Below, one piece after another: positions 1-11,729 of a DNA stretch of 64,000 bases (position 1 is the stretch's first letter; each line of letters opens with the position of its first letter). The notes beneath the pieces were generated by a model. That model saw only the letters and a program-made list of their open reading frames with translations, was not told where the DNA came from and searched no databases. Made by a program: the position numbers and the translations under genes. Source of the DNA: Raillietiella orientalis. Lineage: Eukaryota. The stretch is from positions 2,852,001-2,916,000 of the forward strand of contig JAYWIR010000026.1 of assembly GCA_036172245.1 (NCBI GenBank), written 5' to 3'.

Positions 1-639
1 CGAGACGATTGCGGGGTGTCGGCTGTACTGGCAATGCGGCATCCGCAACACCTGCGGGGTCGCGTTCTTCGTGAAGCCGGCCATCGACGCTGCCGTGAAG
101 GGCGTGCGCTTCGATGACGACGGTCGGGTCGGTCAGCTGACTCTCGGCTGGTACGACTCGATCGATCTGATCGTCACGAATGTGTACGCCCCAACCGGTC
201 AAAAGGGATACAGCAACCGTACCAGGCTGCTTGAATCCCTGAAGCGCGACTGGCTGGCGAACACGAGCGTGCGGAAGGCTCACCTGATAGCGGGAGATTT
301 CAATCTCCGCCTGCTAACAGGTGAGCCGGAAACACAAGTGAACGCGATGAACGAGTTGTGCGCCGCCATGCGTGCGCGCAACTTGTTCGCAGGTGAGAGG
401 GGAATGGTCCGCAGCATCGACCACGTCTTCCTCGACGCTGACCTGTGTTCACCGGTCGGCAAACGGGGGAGGGTTGCGTCAACGTTCTCGGACCATTCCC
501 GGTTAACTTTTGAGATGCGGCCTCGCGACAAAGGACCGCCATCCAGGGACTGGCGTCTACCCTGGGACTGGACGCGACTCTCAGGTGCGAAGGAACACCT
601 TCGCGAATACCTGAGAGGCGTCACGCTCCGGAATCTCCA
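1..639 (+). mobile_element. Segment A: family-A ORF2 endonuclease domain, interrupted at 639
   Basis: ORF 71-643 with NVYAP, AGDFN, SIDHV and SDH. Homology ends at ...TLRNL, where the 3' end of antisense element B begins. Confidence 0.93.
623..639 (+). repeat. 17-bp target/TSD acgctccggaatctcca (variant 1)
   Basis: Identical to 17343-17359; 15/17 identical to 6171-6187 and 11706-11722. Confidence 0.9.
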
Positions 640-853
640 TTGAAACTTGGGTGCGCCGGGACGTTTATTCTAACGAATAAACTTATACAATCTGTGACTG
701 GACCAGTAGTCCAGCCACGCCCTGGAAAGATATAGCCTGCCGGGCTACCCGTGCGCAGACCGGCGCGGTCGACCTCGGCAGCAGAGGGGAGGGGGAACGA
801 AACAAAAAGAAAAGAAAAAAATCAACAAAAATCAGGGAGGGAGCGGCAAGGGA

Positions 854-3800
854 TCACAGTCTGCTTGGAGGGCCCGTCATCCTCTGGAGGATGCCGACAA
901 GCTGTTTCTGCTTGTGTGGTTCCAGATGGGGCCATCGCGTCGCCATCCTGAGGAAACGGGCAGCATACACGTTGGCATCCCTGTCGCTGGATCCTCCCGT
1001 CGCTTTGCTCCATGCCACGACGATCCCGCGTAGGCAGCACAGGGCTGCAAGCGAGGCCGCTGGAGGCAAGGCGTCACGGACGAAGAGAGGGCGCAAAGCG
1101 TCTCTGGGGTTGCCTCCGTGGATCCCCAGGGATGCGGCAAAGCGTTTCCACAAGGGACGGAGGGCAACACAATCCACTAACAGGTGGGGGAGGTATTCCC
1201 TCTCCCCGCACCTGACACAATTAGGGTTGACACCCCCCCGCGTCCAGTGGTGTCGGCGGGCGTTGCAAGGAAGCCCCCAATGCAACACCATCAGTGCCGA
1301 CTGTTGCCACTTCATGGGGAGGGTGCGCGAGTCCATGAGCACCGGAGGCCACTCGAGATGTTCCTCTGGAACATCCAGTAGCTCTCTTCAGCGCAAAAGT
1401 CCATTTGGGGTGGTCCTCGGGGTCGCAGCGTTGGTGAGCTGACCCGTTCTCCAATCCCCGATCTTCTTTTCCCTGCTGGCGATCTTCACAGTTACCTCCC
1501 ATTGTGCCGCGACGTCGCTGCCCACATGTTCCCGTAGGGTAGGCAGTACCGCAGCAAGGGAGGTTCTTTGTGCCCACGCTCTCCTTCGGGGATTCTCGAT
1601 GATTTCTCGGAGCGTGCGGCGGGCATGCGGCCCGAACAGAGCTATTCGCTCGTGTTGCGGGCTCTGCTCCTGAATCATCGCCCACGTGCGGACGGTTTCC
1701 TGCAACCAGGCAGGACCGTTCGCTGGGCGTACGAGGATCCGCGCCGAGTTGTTCTTCACGAGCTTGGCCGCCCTCCGAAGTTGAAGTCCGCAGTGGCAGA
1801 TGGGGCTTCCGAGTGCAAAGTAGGACGAGAGTCCCGCATTGCCGGTGGCCCGCTCGACGAGGAGACGTGCAGGGAGGCACCAAGGGGTGCACCAATTTCC
1901 TGCCATAAAGGCAACAACTCGGAACTGGAGCTGTAGCTCCAGCCGCTCCAACGTCAGGAGGCCCAGACCACCATCCCGACGAGGAGCGCACAAGTCCGAA
2001 AGACGGACTCGGGGCCTCCCTCTGCCCCAAAGGGCGATCCTCAGGAGGTCCTTCGTCCTCTTCTTTGACTCCGCTGAGGGGGGGCAAACAAAAAGCAAGA
2101 AGCGAAGGAGGGGGGCCGCAAACGCGTTCCACGCCGCGGCCCGTTCCTGCAGGTAGAACCTGCCGTCCTGGAACGGGCCGATCGCCGCCTAAGCCTTCTG
2201 AAGGTAGCCGGACCACGCTTCCGCAGGGGAGTAATCCCCCAACGGCACACCAAGGTACTTGAAGTACCTCACCGTGGGGATCCCCAAACGGACCCAGTCC
2301 TGCTGCCCTGCCCACGCCGCTCCGACTGGCATTACGGACGACTTCGCCCTGTTCACCGTCAGTCCTGTTCCCCGACTCAGCAGGTCGAAGAACTCCTCGA
2401 CCGCCGCAGCCGGGGTGGACATAGGCAGCAGCAGCAGAAGGTCGTCCGGGTACGCCGAAAGCGCAGGCGTACCGGGACAATCGCACGGCAGGTGCGCCAG
2501 AGTCTCCCTGTACGCTCTCAGCACCAATTCGCAATAGGCGCTGAAGAGCAAGGGGCTGAGGCTGTCTCCCTGCCGTATGCCGCGTCGCACCGGTACGCCG
2601 TGCACGGTGGATCCACTAAAAAAAACATTAATAAGCGCGTCGCGCCAGCTGGAACGCAGGTAGGCCAGCAAAGAGGCCGGGAAGCCCAAGCGTTCCAGAA
2701 GCTCCAGCAAGAGATTCTGGTCGACGCTGTCGAATGCTTTACGCAAGTCGACAGCGACCGCAAGGGCTCCCTTCCCCACCCGACCGTTCCGTCTCCCGCC
2801 AACGGACGCACCGGAATTCCGGCTGCTCAATAAGCCCCTTCCTTGTTGGAGCTCTAACCATGTGGAAGCGTGGAGCAGGTTGGCCTCCATGCTTAGCCCG
2901 GGAACAGCATAAGTCTGATCCGGGCTGATGAAGATGTTGGTAACCCGTCCCAGACGCTCTGCACACATCTTGGCTATTAACTTGGCGTCCGCATTCACTG
3001 TTGTGATGGGACGCCAGTTGTTCATGCTCCTTAGGTATCCTTCCTTCGGGAGGAGGCTCACCTTTGCTGAACGAAACGAGGTGGGAACCTCACCTGTCTC
3101 AGGAATCAGCAAGGTGAGTTGCTGTACCAGGGGGGTAAGCTCAGCCGCGAAAGTTTGCTAAAACTCCGCGGGCAGGCCGTCCTCCCCTGTAGCCTTCCGC
3201 CTCTTGAGCTTTCCGATGGCCGAGAGGATCTCGTCCATCGTGAAAGGCTCGTCGAGGCTTCTTTTCTCCTCCTCCCCGATCGCTGGAGCACCTTCCGGAA
3301 GCAGAAGTCGTGAGAAGTCTCGCTCCGGAGGCGCCCTGGCGTACAGGGAGGAGTAAAATTTCCTTACTATCCCGCGTTTCTGAGCGGGAACCGAGTGCTC
3401 CCGGCCCTAGTCGTCCATCAAGCTGGCCGACCCGGATTGCCAGGCTTGCCTCTCGGCTCCCGCTCGATACTCTGCTAACCTGCGCATGTCGGGGGTTCTC
3501 GCGTAACGTCGGGCCTGAAGATAGCACCTTTCGTTACGCGGCCCCTCCCCAAAACTCGCAGGTAGGCGATGCAGGGGGAACTGATCGCAGAACTCCTGGA
3601 CCGACCGCTTGAAGCGGTCCCAGTCCTCAAGTGTCTGCATCCTGAAGCTCCGAATAAACGCGCGGAGGTGCTCCGCCGCGTCGGGAAACTTCAGCCAGTC
3701 CCCTGGCAGACGCCACGCTGACGAGGGGGGGCCCCTGTCGCGCGGACACACTTCGAACATGATCCGACCATGGTCCGACAGCTCGGATGGTACCTTGCCG

Positions 3801-4432
3801 CGCCTGCCCACCCGAGAGCATAGGTGCTGATCAAGGTACACGTGATCGATGCTGCTTTCCATGGCCGTGTCCCCGGCCAACAAGTTGCGCGTGTTCATTT
3901 CTGCGCACAACTCGTTGACGCGGTCGTTCAGTGTATCCGGCGCACCTGAAAGCAGGCGCAGGTTGAAATCACTCGCGATCAGGTGCGCTTTGCGAACTCC
4001 GGCATCGGTCAGCCAATCGCATCTCAGGGCAAGGTAGAATTCGCTTCTTGCCTTCGCATTCAACGCGTTATTTCCGCTAGGAGCGTATAGGTTGGTGACG
4101 ACCAGGTCGATAGAGTCGGACCAGCTGAGAGTCAGCTGACCGACGCGACCTGCGTCATCGAACCGAACGTCCTTTATTGCGGTCTCGATGGCTGGCCGAA
4201 GCAGGAGCGACACCGCTTGATTTCGCATTGCCGCAACGCCACAACAACCGCCCACCCGAGATCCGGTCGATCTCCCGGGCTTGATCTGCGGAGATCACGT
4301 GGATCTCCTGCAGCAGCACAGTCGAGGATGCCAGAGATTGGCGGCCACGTCACGCCTCTTGCCGTCGTCGCTTAGCCCGTTCACGTTCCAACAGGCGATC
4401 AGAAGACGACGCCGAGAGGCGATTCCCGGCAT
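854..4432 (-). pseudogene. Element B ORF2 (APE-RT-zinc finger) with stops and frameshifts
   Basis: Fragments 3407-4255 (APE), 2189-3112 (RT; YADD changed to YPDD), 1388-2098 and 854-1342 (CVRCGERE..HLLVDC). Confidence 0.93.
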
Positions 4433-6088
4433 TATGGCTGGGAAAGTGGCGTCGCGGCACCTGCCGCGGGGCAGGTGTACGAAAGGTCCATCGGTACGAG
4501 GACCATCGGAACGAGGACGGAGGCCTCTTTAGGCGCCTGGGGTACCTGTTCGGCCTCCATCCTCACCATCCCCTGCGTGTCCGAGCGTGGAATTCTCTCG
4601 GGCGACGGGTCCCGGGAGTTTCCCACGCTCATGACACCCTCGCTACCGGAAGCCATCTCTTCCCCTTCGTCGGGGGAGACGATCTTCCGGGGCATTGTGG
4701 ACTTTCGTCCTGCCTTTTTGCGGGGTGACGCAGAGATGGATGCTGTGTTTCCGGCCTTCACCTCGTGTCGGAAGTGGCCGACTCCTGAGGGGAAGCCGGA
4801 CGCCTGACGGCCTTCTTGCCAGCCTTGGGGGCAACCGGCTGCAACGAGGCAGCTGGCTCCTCCGCGGCGCGCTCGAAGGCGACGTCATCGAGCGTAGGCT
4901 CGATGACGGACGCCGCCGCCTCGCTCCCCTCCTTGTTGACTTTGTCAACGGAGGGTTGAGCAGGGGCAGCAGCGAGTTCTTTAGCGCCGCATTCGTCGAT
5001 GGCGGGAATCCGCTCTACAACGACGCAGCAGCTTTTTATTTTATCGCGGCGCAGAGCGGTTTCGCTCAGTTTCGCCAAGTCCTTTCCCTTTTTATGGGAG
5101 TTTTTCTTGGGGTCGACCTTCTGCCACCCTGGCTCTTGACCCTCGCCCTCGACCTTTTCGGCGTGTTTCGCCGAGGTCTTGAGGCTGGCCTTCGCCTTGG
5201 TGGCGGAGGTGACCTCCTTAGGAGCAGCACGAGCTGCCAGCTTTTTTCTCTTTTTTGCCGCGCGCTTTCTCGCGTTTTCCGCAGACACGACGCGGACTGT
5301 GTTTTGGGGGCACACCAGACGGGTGTGCCCCGCTTGTTTGCATTGCTGGCACTGCACGCTCGGACACCTCATTTTAAGGTGACCAAAGCTGCTGCAGCAG
5401 CCGCAAAACTTGGGTTTCCCGACGTACCACACGTAAACGGATTCACCGTTGACGGTAAGTTTGTGAGAAACTCACATCCCTCGCAAACCGTCACTCGCGC
5501 TGCACCCAAGCCGCCAAGCACCCCGTCGTAATCGACAAAAGGAGTAGGCTTTCCCCACAGCGCGTGGACAGTTGCAAACTTTTCTAATTCGTTCCGGACG
5601 GCCTCCTTCGTCATCCGGAACGTGATACCGGTCAGGTGAACGATCACCGACCGGTCTTCAGTAATGGGGAGAAGCCTCCGGCTGCCCATAATTACGGGGG
5701 TTCGCAGAAGTCTCTGCGCAAAAGTTGCTTCCTTGCAGATAACTTCCACAAATTGACCCCCGCTTCTGACGGACATAGGCAGAAGCTCCTCTTTTTGTAC
5801 ACCCAGAACGCGCATCGCCTGAGAAAAGGCGCGCGCGTTCTCGGGAGAATATGAACCACCTACCTTATATAGAAGGGGTGGGTTATACCCCTCCTCCAGG
5901 TAAGCGCGCATTTCCGCCATAGCCGCTGGCGTAGGTGCCGCAGCCACGGCGTTCCAAGCCCTGAGTAGGGCCAAGGGCGCATCCATGCTGGCGGGAGCCT
6001 CCACTGATGCGGGAGCCCCCACCTCCATCTCCTCCGGGGGTAATGAGGTCATCGCCCCCGGATCCTCACCGGTGGTGGTATCAGGCAT
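4432..6088 (-). pseudogene. Element B ORF1 (gag-like, two CCHC knuckles), frameshifted
   Basis: MPDTTTGEDP start; knuckles CGCCSSFGHLKMRC and CQQCKQAGHTRLVC; split into three ORFs; stop TAA overlaps the ORF2 ATG (TAATG). Confidence 0.9.
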
Positions 6089-6170
6089 TGCTGCCGAATC
6101 CTCCACCCACACCACGCACAAGCACCAACGGAAATGAAACTCAGGAGCAACGAAAAGACACGTCCGCTCG

Positions 6171-6187
6171 ACGCTCCGCAGTCTCCA
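6171..6187 (+). repeat. 17-bp target/TSD acgctccgcagtctcca (variant 2) between tandem B and C
   Basis: Exact match to 11706-11722. Confidence 0.9.
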
Positions 6188-6400
6188 TTGAAACCCGGGT
6201 GCGCCGGGACGTTTATTCTAACGAATAAACTTATACAATCTGTGACTGGACCAGTAGTCCAGCCACGCCCTGGAAAGATATAGCCTGCCGGGCTACCGGT
6301 GCGCAGACCGGCGCGGTCGACCTCGGCAGCAGAGGGGAGGAGGACCGAAACAAAAAGAAAACAAAAAATAAACAAAAATCAGGGAGGGAGCGGGAAGGGA

Positions 6401-9400
6401 TCACAGTCTGCTGGGAGGGTCCGTCATCCTCTGGAGGATGCCGACAAGCTGTTTCTGCTTGTGTGGTTCCAGATGGGGCCATCGCGTCGCCATCCTGAGG
6501 AAACGGGCGGCATACACGTTGGCATCCCTGTCGCTGGATCCTCCCGTCGCTGTGCTCCATGCCACGACGATCCCGCGTAGGCAGCACAGGGCTGCAAGCG
6601 AGGCCGCTGGAGGCAGGGCGTCACGGACGAAGAGGGGGCGCAAAGCGTCTCTGGGGTTGCCTCCGGGGATCCCCAGGGCTGCGGCAAAGCGTTTCCACAA
6701 GGGACGGAGGGCAACACAATCCACTAACAGGTGGGGGAGGTATTCCCTCTCCCCGCACCTGACACAATTAGGGTTGACACCCCCCCGCGTCCAGTGGTGT
6801 CGGCGGGCGTTGCACGGAAGCCCCCAATGCAACACCATCAGTGCCGACTGTTGCCACTTCATGGGGAGGGTGCGCGAGTCCATGAGCACCGGAGGCCACT
6901 CGAGATGTTCCTCTGGAACATCCAGTAGCTCTCCCCAGCGCAAAAGTTCATTTGGGGTGGTCCTCGGAGTCGCAGCGTTGGTGAGCTGACCCGTTCTCCA
7001 ATCCCCGATGTTCTTTGCCCTGCTGGCGATCTTGACAGTAACCTCCCATTGTGCCGCGACGTCGCTGCCCAGATGTTCCCGTAGGGTAGGCAGTACCGCA
7101 GCAAGGGAGGTTCTTTGTGCCCACGCTCTCCTTCGGGGATTCTCGATGATTTCTCGGAGCGTGCGGCGGGCATGCGGCCCGAACAGAGCTATTCGCTCGT
7201 GTTGCGAGCTCTGCTCCTGAATCATCGCCCACGTGCGGACGGTTTCCTGCAACCAGGCAGGACCGTTCGCGGGGCGTACGAGGATCCGCGCCGAGTTGTT
7301 CTTCACGAGCGTGGCCGCCCTCCGAAGTTGAAGTCCGCAGTGGCAGATGGGGCTTCGGAGTGCAAAGTAGGACGAGAGTCCCGCATTGCCGGTGGCCCGC
7401 TCGACGAGGAGACGTGCAGGGAGGCACCAAGGGGTTCACCAATTTCCTGCCATAAACGCAACAACTCGGAACTGGAGCTGTAGCTCCAGCCGCTCCAACG
7501 TCAGGAGGCCCAGACCACCATCCCGACGAGGAGCGCACAAGTCCGAAAGACGGACTCGGGGCCTCCCTCTGCACCAAAGGGCGATCCTCAGGAGGTCCTT
7601 CGTCCTCTTCTTTGAATCCGCTCAGAAGTAGCAAACAAAATGCAAGGGGCGAAGGAGGGGTGCCGTAAGCGCGTTCCACGCCGCGACCCGTTCCTGCAGG
7701 TAGAACCTGCCGTCCTGGAACGGGCCGATCGCCGCCTGAGCCTTCTGAAGGCAGCCGGACCACGCTTCCGCACGGGAGTAGTCCCCCAACGGCACACCAA
7801 GGTACTTGAAGTACCTCACCGTGGGGATCCCCAAACGGACCCAGTCCTGCTGCCCTGCCCACGCCGCTCCGACTGGCATTACGGACGACTTCGCCCTGTT
7901 CACCGTCAGTCCTGTTCCACGACTCAGCAGGTCGAAGAAGTCCTCGACCGCCGAGGCCGGAGTGGACATAGGCAGCAGCAGCAGAAGATCGTCCGCGTAC
8001 GCCGAAACCGCAGGCGTACCGGGGCAATCGCACGGCAGGTGCGCAAGAGTCTCCCTGTACGCTCTCAGCACCAATTCGAAAAGGCGCTAAAGAGCAGGGG
8101 GCTCAGGCTGTCTCCCTGCCGTATGCCGCGTCGCACCGGTACTCCGTGCACGGTTTGCCCGCTGAAAAGAACATTAATGAGCGCGTCGCGCCAGCTGGAG
8201 CGCAGGTAGGCCAACAAAGAGGCCGGGAAGCTCAAGCGTTCCAGAAGCTCAAGCAGGAGATTCTGGTCGACGCTGTCGAATGCTTTACGCAAGTCGACAG
8301 CGACCGCAAGGGCTCCCTTCCCCACCCAACCGTTCCGTCTCCCGCCAACGGACGCACCGGAATTCCGGCTGCTCAATAAGCCCCTTCCTTGTTGTAGCTC
8401 TAACCATGTGGAAGCGTGGAACAGGTTCGCGTCCATGCTCCGCCCGGGAACAGCATAAGTCTGTTCCGGGCTGAAGAAGATGTTGGCGACCCGTCCCAGG
8501 CGCTCTGCCCACATCTTGGCTATCAACTTGGCGTCCGCATTCACTATTGTGATGGGACGCCAGTTGTTCATGCTCCTTAGGTCTCCTCCGTTCGGGAGGA
8601 GCCGCACCTTTGCTGAACGAAACGAGGTGGGAACGTCACCTGTTTCACGGATCAGCAAGGTGAGCTGATGTACCAGGGGAGTAAGCTCAGCCGGGAAAGT
8701 TTGGTAAAACTCCGCGGGCAGGCCGTCCTCCCCTGGAGCCTTCCGCCTCTTGAGCTTTCCGATGGCCGAGAGGATCTCGTCCAGCGTGAAAGGCTCGTCG
8801 ATGCTTCTTTTCTCCTCCTCCCCGATCTCTAGAGCACCTTTTGGAAGCAGAAGTCGTAAGACGTCTCGCTCCAAAGGCGCCCTGGCGTACAGGGAGGAGT
8901 AAAATTTTCCTACTATCCCGCGTTTCTGAGCGGGAACCGAGTGCTCCCGGCCCTGGTCGTCCAGCAAGCTGGCCGATCCGGATTGCCAGGCTTGCCTCTC
9001 GGCTCCCGCTCGGTACTCTGCTAACCTGCGCATGTCGGGGGTTCTCGCGTAACGTCGGGCCTGAAGATAGCACCTTTCGTTACGCGGCCCCTCCCCAAAA
9101 CCTGCAGGTAGGCGATGCAGGGGGAACTGATCGCAGAACTCCTGGACCGACCGCTTGAAGCGGTCCCAGTCCTGAAGTGTCTGCATCCTGAAGCTTCGAA
9201 TAAACGCGCGGAGGTGCTCCGCCGCGTCGGGAAACTTCAGCCAGTCCCCTGGCAGACGCCACGCTGACGAGGGGGGGCCCTTGTCGCGCGGACGCACTTC
9301 GAACATGATCCGACCATGGTCCGACAGCTCGAATGGTACCTTGCCGCGCCTGCCCACCCGAGAGCATAGGTGCTGATCAAGGTACACGTGATCGATGCTG

Positions 9401-9981
9401 CTTTCCATGGCCGTGTCCCCGGCCAACAAGTTGCGCGTGGTCATTTCTGCGCACAACTCGTTGACGCGGTCGTTCAGTGTATCCGGCGCACCTGAAAGCA
9501 GGCGCAGGTTGAAATCACCTGCGATCAGGTGCGCTTTGCGAACTCCTGCATCGGTCAGCCAATCGCGTCTCAGGGCAAGGTAGAATTCCCTTCTTGCCTT
9601 CGCCCTCAACGCGTTATTTCCGCTAGGAGCGTATAGGTTGGTGACGACCAGGTCGATAGAGTCGGACCAGCTGAGAGTCAGCTGACCGACGCGACCTGCG
9701 TCATCGAACCGAACGTCATTTATTGCGGTCTCGATGGCTGGCCGAAGCAGGAAGGCGACACCGCTTGATTTCGCGGTGCCGCAACGCCACAACAGCCGCC
9801 CACCCGAGATCCGTTCGATCTCCCGGGCTTGATCTGCGGAGATCACGTGGATCTCCTGCAGCAGCACCAGGTCGAAGGATGCCAGGGTGGCGGCCACGTC
9901 ACGCCTCTTGCCGTCGTCGCTTAGCCCGTTCACGTTCCAACAGGCGATCAGAAGACGACGGCGAGAGGCGATTCCCGGCAT
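6401..9981 (-). pseudogene. Element C ORF2 (APE-RT-zinc finger), few disablements
   Basis: 638-aa ORF 8065-9981 (ACWNVNG, LQEIH, GDFN, SDH, KAFD, QGDSLSP); frameshifts near 8080 and 7625; stop near 7436. Confidence 0.93.
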
Positions 9982-11623
9982 TATGGCTGGGAAAGTGGCG
10001 TCGCGACACCTGCCGCGGGGCAGGTGTAGGAAAGGTCCATCGGTACGAGGACGGAGGCCTCTTCAGACGCCTAGGGTACCTGTTCGGCCTCCATCCTCAC
10101 CATCTTCTCCGTGTCGGAGCGTGGAATTCACCCGGGCGACGGGTCCCGGGAGTTTCCCACGCTCATGGCACCCTCGCTACCGGAAGGCATCTCTTCCCCT
10201 TCGTCGGGGGAGACGATCTTCCGGGGCATTGTAGACTTCCGTCCTGCCTTTTTGCGGGGTGCCGCGGAGATGGATGCTGTGTTTCCTGCTTTCACCTCGG
10301 CGTCAGAAGTGGCCGACTCCTGAGGGGAAGCCGAACGCCTGACGGCCTTCTTGCCAGCCTTGGGGCAACCGGCTGCAGCGAGGCAGCCAGCTCCTCCGCG
10401 GCGCGCTCGAAGGCGACGTCATCGAGCGTGGGCTCCATGACGGACGCCGCCGCCGCGCTCCCCTCCATGTTGACTTTGTCAACGGAGGGTTGAGCAGGGG
10501 CAGCAGCGAGTTCTTTAGCGCCGCATTCGTCGATGGCGGGAATCCGCTCTACAACGACGCAGCAGCTTTTTATTTTATCGCGGCGCAGAGCGGTTTCGCT
10601 CAGTTTCGCCAAGTCCTTTCCCTTTTTATGGGAGTTTTTCTTGGGGTCGACCTTCTGCCACCCTGGCTCTTGACCCTCGCCCTCGACCTTTTCGGCGTGT
10701 TTCGCCGAGGTCTTAAGGCTGGCCTTCGCCTTGGTGGCGGAGGTGACCTCCTTAGGAGCAGCACGAGCTGCCAGCTTTTTTCTCTTTTTTGCCGCGCGCT
10801 TTCTCGCGTTTTTCGCGGACACGACGCGGACGGTGTTTTGGGGGCACACCAGACGGGTGTGCCCCGCTTGTTTGCATTGCTGGCACTGCACGCTCGGACA
10901 CCTCATTTTAAGGTGACCAAAGCTGCTGCAGCAGCCGCAAAACTTGGGTTTCCCGACGTACCACACGTCAACGGATTCACCGTTGACGGTAACTTTGTGG
11001 GGAAACTCACATTCCTCGCAAACCGTCACTCGCGCTGCACCCAAGCCGCCAAGCACCCTGTCGTAATCGACAAAAGGAGTAGGCTTTCCCCACAGCGCGT
11101 GGACAGTTGCAAACTTTTCTAATTCGTTCCGGACGGCCTCCTTCGTCATCCGGAACGTGATACCGGTCAGGTGAACGATCACCGACCGGTCTTCAGTAAT
11201 GGGGAGAAGCCTCAGGCTGCCCATAATTACGGGGGTTCGCAGAAGTCTCTGCGCAAAAGTTGCCTCCTTGCAGATAGCTTCCACAAATTGACCCTTGCTT
11301 CTGACGGACATAGCCAGAAGCTCCTCTTTTTGTACACCGAGAACGCGCATCGCCTGCGAAAAGGCGCGCGCGTTCTCGGGAGAATATGAACCACCTACCT
11401 TATATAGAAGGGGTGGGTTATACCCCTCCTCCAGGTAAGCGCGCATTTCCGCCATAGCCGCTGGCGTAGGTGCCGCAGCCACGGCGTTCCAAGCCCTGGG
11501 TAGGGCCGGGGGCGCATCCGTGCTGGCGGGAGCCTCCAGTGATGCGGGAGCTCCCACCTCCATCTGCTTCAAGGGCAATGAGGTCATCGTTCCCGGATCC
11601 TCACCGGTGGTGGTATCAGGCAT
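9981..11623 (-). pseudogene. Element C ORF1, frameshifted in its 3' part
   Basis: 443-aa ORF 10292-11623 with two CCHC knuckles; TAATG overlap at 9979-9983. Confidence 0.9.
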
Positions 11624-11687
11624 TTCTGCCTAATCCTCCACCCACACCACGCAAGAGCACCAACGGAAATGGAACTCAGGAGCAACG

Positions 11688-11729
11688 AAAAGGCACGTCC
11701 GCTCGACGCTCCGCAGTCTCCAAGACTGG
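11688..11729 (-). promoter_or_regulatory. Putative Inr + DPE core promoter spanning the C/target junction
   Basis: CCAGTCT (A at 11727, in the host sequence) and GGACG at 11700-11696, i.e. +28 to +32. The GACGT motif recurs at the 5' ends of B, E, G, J, L and M. Function is inferred. Confidence 0.5.

Larger units (their letters stand above)
640..6170 (-). mobile_element. Element B: full-length (~5.5 kb) family-B retrotransposon, disabled
   Basis: 5' GGACGTG motif (6159-6165), ORF1, ORF2, structured 3' UTR and AATAAA (664-669 on minus); bounded by the 17-bp target copies. Confidence 0.95.
6188..11705 (-). mobile_element. Element C: full-length family-B retrotransposon, tandem with B
   Basis: Near-identical to B end to end; flanked by an exact 17-bp duplication. 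Confidence 0.96.

Noticed and set aside
700..800. 3' UTR structure as an HDV-like or hammerhead ribozyme
   Set aside because: Catalytic core consensus not identifiable by eye; reported only as conserved hairpins.
640..11705. B-C and H-I pairs as LTR elements or simple segmental duplications
   Set aside because: No LTRs, protease or integrase; the units are exactly element-length, separated by target sequence, and carry independent mutations.
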